A stretch of 64,000 nt of DNA, taken from positions 1 to 64,000 of the forward strand of contig CAVRUC010000013.1 in assembly GCA_963724295.1 (NCBI GenBank). Reading direction: 5' to 3'. This document shows positions 9,605-17,777 of the stretch, in pieces (position 1 is the first letter of the stretch; every line of letters starts with the position of its first letter). The notes beneath the pieces are model-generated. The model was not told the DNA's origin and did no database searches. It saw only the letters and a program-made list of their open reading frames with translations. Both the position numbers and the translations under genes were made by a program. This DNA comes from an uncultured Chloroflexia bacterium (GTDB taxonomy: Bacteria > Chloroflexota > Chloroflexia > Thermomicrobiales > UBA6265).

Positions 9605-10843
9605 CTATTCGACGACCAACGTCCCGACCATTCCAGCGGCCTTGTGCCCAGGCACGTTGCAGTAGTACTCGTACGTTCCTGGGGGCGCGTTGATCACCGT
9701 CTCCTGGGTCGAACCGGGCGCTTGATCGATGCTGACGCCAAGCTCGTCGATCGAGAAATTGTGCGCGGCCGCGCCATCGTTCGGCAATGTGAACGGCACG
9801 TCGGTGTTCGCCGGGATGGTGACTTCCGCCGGTTCGAAGTAGATGTCGAACGAGGTCACGTTCTGGGCCGTTGCCGCATCTGGCGCCTCGCCGGCCGCTT
9901 CCTGCGCGCCCTGATCCTCGTCCGCGGCGGCGTCTTCGTCCGCGGTCGCCGGCTCGTCGGCCGCCGCCATCGGCCGCGAGATCAGCGTGCCGACCATGCC
10001 GGCCTCCTTGTGTCCGGGGATGTTGCAGTAGTACTCGTACTCGCCCTCCGGTGCGGTGATCTTCACTTCCTTGGTCTCGCCCGGCGCGATGTCGACGCTG
10101 ATGTCGAGCTCGTCGATGCTGAAGTTGTGAGGAGCCGCGCCCAGGTTAGGCAGCAGGATCGTCACCTCGGTGTCGGAGGGAACCTCGATCTCGGTCGGGA
10201 CGAAGGCGATGTCATGAGATTCGACGGTGAATTGGTCGGAAGTGGCCACATCGCCAGCCTCACCGCCGGCGCCCTGAGCGGCATCCGCGGGCGCCGGGGT
10301 CGGCGCCGCGCCACCGGCGGGAGCCGGCGCAGGTGGGAAGGTTGGGTAGCCGCCTGAGGCTTCGATCGTCTCGTTATAGACGAGATCCCAGTCGACATTC
10401 TGGATCATCAGCGCCAGCTCGTGGATCTGCTCGTCGTTGAGCAGCGCGCCACCTTCTGCGCCACGTCCGAAGGCGGGCATCAGCCCGCGCCCCTGATGAA
10501 GAGTTTCCACGATCAGGTTGTAACGCTCTTCGCGGGTAACCGGGTCCTCGCTCTGGTTCAGTTCACGTGCCGCGCGACCGAGCTCGGTATCGCCCCCAAG
10601 GGGCATACCGATGCGGCCCGTACCTTCGGCGCCGGGTTCGGAATACCCCTCGCCAGCCGGACCGTGGCAGACGACGCAGTTCTGGAGAAACGTGCTTATG
10701 CCGCGCTCGACCGCGACGTCCTCTTGCTCGACCGCTTCGGCGGCCATGCGACCGGGCTCGTCGGCGAGGTAGATAACCAGCAGCGTCGCCAGGGCAACCA
10801 TGCCGACGATGACGACCGTCGCGAGCTTTTGGACCGCTCCCAC
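9605..10843 (-). CDS. Membrane-anchored cytochrome c fused to two cupredoxin (type 1 copper) domains
   Basis: N-terminal TM; CVVCH haem motif and MPAFG; two HNFSI...YYCNxPGHKxAGMVG domains. Confidence 0.9.
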   Translation of the reverse strand: MGAVQKLATVVIVGMVALATLLVIYLADEPGRMAAEAVEQEDVAVERGISTFLQNCVVCHGPAGEGYSEPGAEGTGRIGMPLGGDTELGRAARELNQSEDPVTREERYNLIVETLHQGRGLMPAFGRGAEGGALLNDEQIHELALMIQNVDWDLVYNETIEASGGYPTFPPAPAPAGGAAPTPAPADAAQGAGGEAGDVATSDQFTVESHDIAFVPTEIEVPSDTEVTILLPNLGAAPHNFSIDELDISVDIAPGETKEVKITAPEGEYEYYCNIPGHKEAGMVGTLISRPMAAADEPATADEDAAADEDQGAQEAAGEAPDAATAQNVTSFDIYFEPAEVTIPANTDVPFTLPNDGAAAHNFSIDELGVSIDQAPGSTQETVINAPPGTYEYYCNVPGHKAAGMVGTLVVE

Positions 10844-10924
10844 GCTCTTCCGCCCCTTCGCGCTCCAGACCCGCCGAACCCAGAGTCAGCCCGCGCGCTC
10901 TTGCACGTGCCCGTGCACGCCCAC

Positions 10925-11512
10925 TTATGCCGAGTACGGCACCGCCTGCTCAGGCGAATAGTCGAGGCGCTGGTTGATATCGCCGGTATCGACCGTCACG
11001 TTGCCGGTCGCTTCGTCAACACGCACGGTCATATAGTCCATCGGCCGTGGCGCGGGTCCGCCGGTGCGCAGCCCAACATAGTCGTACATCGACCCATGGC
11101 ACGGACATTGGAACGCGTTGGGGCTATCGGGCGGTCCGACCCACGGCACCGTGCACCCGAGATGCGGGCACTTCGTGTAGAGCGCGAGCAATCCATCGGG
11201 ACTATGCACGAGGAAGAACTTGCCCTGGACATTCCGTAGCGGCGGCGCATCGATTGGCGGCACGTCCTCGGCGCGCACGGTGATCTCGCTGCCAAAGGCG
11301 CCGGTCTTGTTGGGCCAGAGCAGCAACCCTGTCGCCGCTCCCATCAGCGCCAGCACCGATCCCACCGCGCCGAGAGCGGCATTGCGCAGGAACTGGCGCC
11401 GATCCGGTCGCACCGTGAGACTGCCCTGGCTGTGGCGCCCCAGAACGGCGAAAAATGCCGATGCGACCCATCCCACGACCAGGCCGAACAACGTTCGCAG
11501 AATCATGAACAT
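10925..11512 (-). CDS. petC: Rieske 2Fe-2S subunit of a cytochrome bc/b6 complex
   Basis: DRRQFL Tat motif; CPHLGC and CPCHGS boxes; GPAPRP. Confidence 0.9.
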   Translation of the reverse strand: MFMILRTLFGLVVGWVASAFFAVLGRHSQGSLTVRPDRRQFLRNAALGAVGSVLALMGAATGLLLWPNKTGAFGSEITVRAEDVPPIDAPPLRNVQGKFFLVHSPDGLLALYTKCPHLGCTVPWVGPPDSPNAFQCPCHGSMYDYVGLRTGGPAPRPMDYMTVRVDEATGNVTVDTGDINQRLDYSPEQAVPYSA

Positions 11513-11599
11513 GCGCGAGTCCTTTGCCAGGCCGGCCTGTTGCCGGCGATCCGCATTGCTTGTCCTTGTGGTTGCACGTGCACTCCCACGTTTTCGAGA

Positions 11600-12391
11600 C
11601 TAGTGATGTTCGAGCGGCAACTGCCACGGGAAGACGAGGTTCTGCCCTTCACCGCGGAAGGACGTGCCACTGATCGTCAACACGACGTAGGCAACGACGA
11701 ACCCAGTGAAGAGAGCAATGATCATCTCGCGTCGGGTCGGCTTGAAGATGACCTGGACCAAAACCACCAGTACGCCAATCATGAACAACATGATCAGCGA
11801 CGGCAAGATGATGTTGTAGACCAACGCCGGCATGCCGAATTGCGTCCGCAAGAAGCCGCCGATGCCAAACTGCGTGCGGCCGGTGAGCTCGTCGAGGAAG
11901 ATCATCGCGATCAACACCACGGTGGTGAAGACGGCGGTGAACCCGGCGATCTTGCGCCCCTTTGCCGAGGTGCCGAGGATGCCGACACCGAGTGGCGATC
12001 GGTCGAAATAGGGGATGGCGGCAATGGCGCCAAGCGCGAGGGTGGGAACGATGACGCCGGCGAGTCCGGCGTCCATATGCAGCAGCAGTTCCTGAAGGTT
12101 CAGGAAGTACCAGGGCGCCTTTGAGGGGTTCGGTGTCTGATTCGGGTTGGCCTGCGCCGTCAGTGGCGCGTTGAACAGCACCGAGACCGCGATCAAGAGC
12201 AGCAGAAAGACCGTGGCACAGACGGCCTCGACCACGACGAGTGACGGCCAGACCATCACCTCGTCCTCGGCCAGGTCGGTTGGTCGCGCCAGCGCGCGTC
12301 CACGCACCAGCTCCAGCAGCTTCTGGCGCTTCGCCTCGTCGATCGCCGTCGCCGGCGATCCACCCGGCATCTGCTGTGCAATATCAGCCAT
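11600..12391 (-). CDS. Cytochrome b C-terminal subunit (subunit IV / PetD-like)
   Basis: VWPSL...ANPNQTPNPSKAPWYFLNLQELL...IPYFDR with several TM helices. Confidence 0.85.
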   Translation of the reverse strand: MADIAQQMPGGSPATAIDEAKRQKLLELVRGRALARPTDLAEDEVMVWPSLVVVEAVCATVFLLLLIAVSVLFNAPLTAQANPNQTPNPSKAPWYFLNLQELLLHMDAGLAGVIVPTLALGAIAAIPYFDRSPLGVGILGTSAKGRKIAGFTAVFTTVVLIAMIFLDELTGRTQFGIGGFLRTQFGMPALVYNIILPSLIMLFMIGVLVVLVQVIFKPTRREMIIALFTGFVVAYVVLTISGTSFRGEGQNLVFPWQLPLEHH

Positions 12392-12498
12392 CACATCCCC
12401 CAAACGGAGCCGGAAGATCGTTGCCGCTGGCGAGATCGGAAGTCGGAAACGTGCTCCAACCCCCTACCACCCTTTGACTCACCACCCATCACCCTCAA

Positions 12499-13227
12499 CT
12501 ACAGGGGACCGGAGATGCCGCCATCCTTGCGGATACGCCAGAAGTGGACCGCCATCAGGAAGGCCGCCACCAGCGGCAGGAAGATGACGTGCAGCGTATA
12601 GAAGCGGACCAGCGCGCTCTGCCCGATCTCGTAGTCACCGCGCAGCACCAGGTTTACCTGCTCGCCGACGAGTGGCGCGGCGCCGCCGATATTCGTGCCC
12701 ACCGTGATTGCCCAGAGGGCCAGCTGATCCCAGGGCAGCAGGTAGCCGGTGAAGGAGAGCAGGAAGGTCGTCACCAGGAGCAGGACTCCGACAACCCAGT
12801 TGAACTCGCGGGGAGGTTTATATGAGCCGGTGTAGAACACGCGGCACATGTGGAGAAAGACCACGATGACCATGCCCTGTGCCGCCCAGCGATGCATGTT
12901 CCGCATCATCTGACCGAACGTCACGCTCGATTCGATGTCCTTCATGCTCTGATAGGCCAGATCGGCGGAGGGGATGTAATAGAACATCAGCAGGACGCCG
13001 GTCCCGGTCAGGACCAGGAACATGAAGAAGGAGAGCCCACCGAGGCAGAAGGTGTAGGTGACCTTCGTGGCGTAGCGCTTGATCTTGACCGGGTGGATGT
13101 GGAGAAAAACGTTGCTCGCGATGATCAGCGCCTGGTTGCGCTGGGTATCCGGGTACCCGTGTCGCACGATCGAGCGCCACACGGACGAGCTGGAGATCTT
13201 ATCTGCCAGCGTCTGTTCCCGCGCCAT
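12499..13227 (-). CDS. petB: Cytochrome b6-like N-terminal subunit
   Basis: FCLGGLS, RNMHRWAA, HMCRVFYTGSYKPPREFNW, TGYLLPWDQ, RFYTLH, HFWRIRKDGGISGPL. Confidence 0.92.
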   Translation of the reverse strand: MAREQTLADKISSSSVWRSIVRHGYPDTQRNQALIIASNVFLHIHPVKIKRYATKVTYTFCLGGLSFFMFLVLTGTGVLLMFYYIPSADLAYQSMKDIESSVTFGQMMRNMHRWAAQGMVIVVFLHMCRVFYTGSYKPPREFNWVVGVLLLVTTFLLSFTGYLLPWDQLALWAITVGTNIGGAAPLVGEQVNLVLRGDYEIGQSALVRFYTLHVIFLPLVAAFLMAVHFWRIRKDGGISGPL

Positions 13228-13574
13228 TCCGTCCTCCGACTTGGTCCGATTCACTGCCGCCGCAACGGCGGGCAAGCGTCCTTTGGCGCGCCGCGGCTAG
13301 CGGGCCGGGGGCTGGGCGCGTCGATCGCGGCGCAATTGTCCGCATCGGTCCCGGCCCGGTCAAGCCACGCGGCTCGGGAGCGTGACTGCCTGCACGCCGG
13401 CCGGGCCGCGTCCCGCGAAATGGTACCTGAAACGGAGTCGGGAGATCGTTGCCGCTGGCGAAGGCAGGAGTCGGCAGGCGAGGAGAAATTGACAAGACGG
13501 CCGGACAGCTAAAGCATGGGGGCGGGAGCCTGTTATCGGTAGCTGATGGCCAATCGCCGATAGCCGGCAAGGGG

Positions 13575-13648
13575 TGGGCGCAACAGGACTTGAACCTGTG
13601 ACCTCACGGATGTGAACCGTGCGCTCTGGCCAACTGAGCTATGCGCCC
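13575..13648 (-). tRNA. tRNA-Val(CAC)
   Basis: GGGCGCATAGCTCAGTTGG...CACGG-TT CAC AT-CCGTG...GGTTCAAGTCC...TGCGCCC-A; CCA not fully encoded. Confidence 0.95.
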
Positions 13649-13672
13649 TGGTGCGGGAAAGTATAGCAGCCG

Positions 13673-13849
13673 GATGGGGTGATAGGTGTTGGGTGGTGGG
13701 GTCATGGGGTGATAGGTTGATAGGCAGCACCTGGGTCTTGTGCTCGGATTTCCACTAGGCGGCGAAGGGCGTTCGTTGATCAGATCGGAAGCAAACCAAG
13801 GAATGAAGAACATCCCATCTCCCCATCACCCCATCACCCAATTACCCCC
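13673..13849. repeat. Opposed degenerate 8-nt tandem repeat arrays
   Basis: G-rich units (GATGGGGT, GATAGGTG, CATGGGGT) at 13673-13724; complementary C-rich units (CCCCATCA) at 13811-13849. Confidence 0.6.
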
Positions 13850-14897
13850 GTCAGACCGTTCCATCCTCGCCATCGACGTCGGGGCGGGGACGCAGGACGT
13901 CCTGCTCTACGATCCCGCACGCGAGCCCGAGAACTGCCTGAAGCTGGTGCTGCCGTCCCAGACGCAGATCGTCGCCGCGCGAGTGCGGGAGGCGACCGCC
14001 GCCGGGTTGCCTATCCACCTCTGCGGTGTGCTCATGGGTGGCGGCGCGTCGACTGACGCCATGAAAGACCACCTCGCGGCCGGGCTCGCCCTCTCCGCGA
14101 CCGCGGACGCCGCGCGCACGATCCACAATGACCTGCAACGGGTGCGAGCCCTCGGCGTCGAGATACGCCAGGATGCTCCCTCCGGCGCGGTCGTCATCGA
14201 GACGGGCGACGTCGATCTCGGTACATTGGCGATCGCGCTGGCGCCGTTCGGAATCGAGCTTCCCGAGCTGGTGGCCGTCGCCGTGCAAGACCACGGATTT
14301 CGCCCTGGCTCCGGCAACAACGAGGTTCGCTTCGAATACCTGCAAGGGCTGCTGGCCGGCGGCGGCGACTTGGGTCGCATGGTCTATACCGAGCCCCCGG
14401 CCGGCATGACCCGCATGGAGGCGGTCCGCCGCTCGACCCCGGGCGTCTATCTGATGGACACCGGCGCGGCCGCCGTCCTCGGCGCGCTCGGGGATCCACT
14501 CGTGGCCGAGGCGGCCAGCAGCGACGGCGCGATCCTGGTCAACGTCGGCAACATGCATACGTTCGCCACCTTGATCAAGGGGCGGCGCCTCTTCGGACTC
14601 TTCGAGCACCACACGGGTGGGATCACTCCCGAGATCGTCGCCGCGCTCGTCGCTCGCCTCCGTGATGCCACCCTGGACACGGAGCGCTTCCGAGAGACCT
14701 TCGATGGACACGGCGCAGCCCTCGATCCCACCTACCAGGAGGTCGGTCCGTTCAGGTTCGTGGCGGTCACTGGTCCGAATCGGCGGCTAGCGCGCGGACT
14801 TGGGTTTCACGAGGCTGCGCCACACGGCGACATGATGCTCACCGGGGCATGGGGACTCGTGGAAGGCGTGCGGCTACTTAGCGAGGACGGAGGGTGA
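13803..14897 (+). CDS. DUF1786 family protein (actin-like ATPase fold)
   Basis: ILAIDVGAGTQDVLLYD...ENCLKLVLPS, AVQDHG, MDTGAAA, NVGNMHT, FEHHT, PHGDMMLTG. Confidence 0.8.
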   Translation: MKNIPSPHHPITQLPPSDRSILAIDVGAGTQDVLLYDPAREPENCLKLVLPSQTQIVAARVREATAAGLPIHLCGVLMGGGASTDAMKDHLAAGLALSATADAARTIHNDLQRVRALGVEIRQDAPSGAVVIETGDVDLGTLAIALAPFGIELPELVAVAVQDHGFRPGSGNNEVRFEYLQGLLAGGGDLGRMVYTEPPAGMTRMEAVRRSTPGVYLMDTGAAAVLGALGDPLVAEAASSDGAILVNVGNMHTFATLIKGRRLFGLFEHHTGGITPEIVAALVARLRDATLDTERFRETFDGHGAALDPTYQEVGPFRFVAVTGPNRRLARGLGFHEAAPHGDMMLTGAWGLVEGVRLLSEDGG

Positions 14898-14939
14898 CTC
14901 CGTCTCTGATCCAGCCTGATCCGAAACACAATGCGAGTC

Positions 14940-15056
14940 GTAGGGGCGACGCCGCGTCGTCCGTGATCCCAACCGGCTAGATCGATCTGGAAACAAGGCT
15001 GCCTGTCGCGAACCGAGGCTGCGGATCAATGCGGGCGACGCAGGCGTCGCCCCTAC
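14940..15056. repeat. REP/REPIN-like inverted pair (GTAG type)
   Basis: GTAGGGGCGACGCCGCGTCGTCCG (14940-14963) and CGGGCGACGCAGGCGTCGCCCCTAC (15032-15056) between convergent genes. Confidence 0.7.
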
Positions 15057-15097
15057 AGCCGGACAGGCGTTTCGGACCTGCCGATCGAAAAGCGCGG

Positions 15098-16228
15098 TCA
15101 GCAGTTGTTGAACGGGAAATTCTCCGGCCGCATGTCCTCAGGAAGACTCGAGAACGGGTCTTCGCACGCTTGACCATTGTCGCCTGAGCCCCGCGGCACG
15201 ACGACCGGCACGTTAGGCACAGAGCGACTGTTCGAAGTCGGCGGCCTGTTTCCGTTCCGGTCACGAGCGCTCTTGCGCCGGTTCTGAGGCGGCTTGACTA
15301 CCTCGCGCTTCACATCTTCCTGGGCGCGGCCGGAATTGTCACGGCCGGCGTTACCCACGTTCGGGTTCCGATTCGGATCGGTGGCGCGGGCGGTGATCTC
15401 GTCGATCATGGCATCGACGTCTGGCATAACGATCTCGGTGGAGCCCTCGCGACTGCCGTCATCGGTAATGACCGGAGCGGGCACGATGACAGCGTCGTCC
15501 CTTTCACGATCTGGATTCCCGCTCAGGTCCGCGCCGCCCTGCAGTGCCCGCGCCCGCTCCAGGGCGTCATTCTGTGCCGGGGCGATCCCCGCCCCTTGCC
15601 CATTGCCGAAGATGTTGAATGGGTCGTCGTCGACCTCCACGGGAACCGGGGTCGGTTGGGTGCCGGCCTGGGACTGGCTGGCCGCTGCCGTTGGGGCGGG
15701 AGGCGGCGCCATTTCGACCGGGGCCAGTGCGACAACCGGCACATTTTCCACCGGTACGGCGGGTGGCAAGGTCGGTTGTGACGGGACCGCCGTCGCGGGC
15801 GCCTCCGTCGGTAGGGCGATCAGCCTCGGCGTCGGCGTTGGTCCGGCTTCCTGAGGCGCGGCCATGGTTGGCAGTCCAGCCACCGCTGGCGCCTCGCCGG
15901 TGAAGCCCAGCGCGGTCGGTTCAGGCTGGGCGTCCGCATCAAGCTCCGACGTCGGGATGGGAGTGGGCAACGTGGGCGGCTCGGATGGCGCGGGCAGTGC
16001 GGTGCCCACCGGTTCCAGCCTCTCCGCGGAATCAACCGGCGATGACGGCGAGCGCAAGACGAGATAGGCGACCGCCGCGACAGCGGCGCCGACCAGCAGG
16101 AGTGAGAGCAACGTCGTGATGACGACCGGCGCATTACTGCGCCGCGCCACATCTCGCTCCACACGCATTCTTGCCGGCGAGCCGTACACGGGGTTCCTCA
16201 CGACCGACGCGGGCGAACGAAGCGCCAC
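15098..16228 (-). CDS. Pro/Ala/Thr-rich single-pass membrane protein
   Basis: One TM near the N-terminus followed by a long low-complexity region. Confidence 0.65.
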   Translation of the reverse strand: MALRSPASVVRNPVYGSPARMRVERDVARRSNAPVVITTLLSLLLVGAAVAAVAYLVLRSPSSPVDSAERLEPVGTALPAPSEPPTLPTPIPTSELDADAQPEPTALGFTGEAPAVAGLPTMAAPQEAGPTPTPRLIALPTEAPATAVPSQPTLPPAVPVENVPVVALAPVEMAPPPAPTAAASQSQAGTQPTPVPVEVDDDPFNIFGNGQGAGIAPAQNDALERARALQGGADLSGNPDRERDDAVIVPAPVITDDGSREGSTEIVMPDVDAMIDEITARATDPNRNPNVGNAGRDNSGRAQEDVKREVVKPPQNRRKSARDRNGNRPPTSNSRSVPNVPVVVPRGSGDNGQACEDPFSSLPEDMRPENFPFNNC

Positions 16229-16415
16229 GAAGGACGCCCGCTGTTACGTAAACGTCAGCATACGCCGCCCGGTTTCTCGCGAGCCGGGTGACGGGGTCAC
16301 AGCGTTGTGGGTGGCGGGGTAGTTACTCGCTACGCTCGTGGTGGCGGGGTGGCGGGGGAATCGTTCTCCCCGCCACCCCGCCACCCTGGGACCCCGCCAC
16401 CCACAACCGGCCGTC

Positions 16416-17498
16416 TCACAACCCGGCTACCACCGCGTCTCCAACGTCACGCGTCGATGCCGTTCCGCCCAGGTCTGGTGTGACCACACCTGCCGCTGTC
16501 GTCGCTTCGATGGCGCGCATTACCCGTGTCGCCTCATCCTCCAACCCCAGGTGCTCGAGCATGAGTGCCGCGGTCCAGATGGCCGCGATGGGATTGGCGA
16601 TACCCTGGCCGGCGATATCGGGTGCGCTGCCATGGACCGGCTCGAACATGCTGGGGTGGCGGCGCTCGGGGTCGAGATTCGCGCTGGCGGCGATGCCCAA
16701 ACTGCCGCCGATCGCGCTCCCCAGATCGGACAGGATGTCTCCGAAAAGGTTGGAGCCGACCACCACCTCCAGCGTCTCCGGCCGCAGCACGAACCGCGCT
16801 GCCATGGCATCCACCAGCCACTGCTCTGTCTCGACGTCCGGAAAATCACGCCGCACGCGATCGAATGCGTCGTCCCACAGCACCATCGCAAACTGCTGGG
16901 CATTGCTCTTCGTGACGCTGGTCACCTTCTGCCGCTTCCGTGTCCGCGCCAGCTCGAACGCGTAGCGGATGATCCGCTCGCAACCTTCGGCGGTAAAGAG
17001 CGCCGTCTGGGTTGCCACCTCGCGCTGCGGACCTCGCCCCGCCAGGTTGCGCCCGCCGATGCCGGCATACTCGCCTTCGCTGTTTTCGCGCACCACAACC
17101 CAGTCAATTCGCTCCGGAGTCGCGTCCCGCAATGGGCTCGGGACACCCGGCAATAGCCGCACCGGCCGGATGCAGGCGTACTGGTCGAACCCCTGACAGA
17201 TGGCGAGGCGAAGGCCCCACAGGCTGATGTGATCCGGCACGTCGGGCCAGCCGACCGCGCCGAAGTAGATGGCGTCGAACCGCTGCAGCCGCTCCAGCCC
17301 GTCCGGATCCATCATCCGGCCCGTCTGCAGGTAATAGTGGCTCCCCCAGGGGAAGGATTCGAAGCGGAAGCGAAACCGGCCGTCGCTCAGCTCCGCGAGC
17401 CGCTCCAGTACCCGGAGACCCTCCGGTATGACCTCGACGCCGATGCCGTCGCCGGGAATTACCGCGATGTCAAAAACGCGCTCCGCTGGTGCGCTCAC
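16416..17498 (-). CDS. Tartrate/D-malate dehydrogenase (isocitrate/isopropylmalate dehydrogenase family)
   Basis: IAVIPGDGIG, VPDHISLWGL, RENSEGEY, TKSNA, SNLFGDILSD, FEPVHGSAPDIAG. Confidence 0.9.
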   Translation of the reverse strand: MSAPAERVFDIAVIPGDGIGVEVIPEGLRVLERLAELSDGRFRFRFESFPWGSHYYLQTGRMMDPDGLERLQRFDAIYFGAVGWPDVPDHISLWGLRLAICQGFDQYACIRPVRLLPGVPSPLRDATPERIDWVVVRENSEGEYAGIGGRNLAGRGPQREVATQTALFTAEGCERIIRYAFELARTRKRQKVTSVTKSNAQQFAMVLWDDAFDRVRRDFPDVETEQWLVDAMAARFVLRPETLEVVVGSNLFGDILSDLGSAIGGSLGIAASANLDPERRHPSMFEPVHGSAPDIAGQGIANPIAAIWTAALMLEHLGLEDEATRVMRAIEATTAAGVVTPDLGGTASTRDVGDAVVAGL

Positions 17499-17777
17499 GA
17501 CCCCTCCCTCGCTGGCCGGTACGATTGGTCCCGGCGCCAAGCTCGAACGTGCTCCGCAAACCGGTTCTCGACGCCCTTGGAAACATCCACTGGCTCACGA
17601 GCGTATACACGGGTGAAGGTCGTCCCGCACAGCACGCCTCGCATGGCGAAACGGCCATGCTAGCGTACAAACGCGGTCCTGACGCGGGCACGGGCCCCGT
17701 CAAGTCGCGGATTTCGACTTTGGGCTACACCCGCTCCCTGGAGTGAGCGGGCTGGACTCGCACCGCGGAGGGATTGC

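Noticed and set aside
9605..13227. Evidence of phototrophy from the b6-like and plastocyanin-like genes
   Set aside because: There are no reaction-centre or bacteriochlorophyll genes here, and such complexes also serve respiration.
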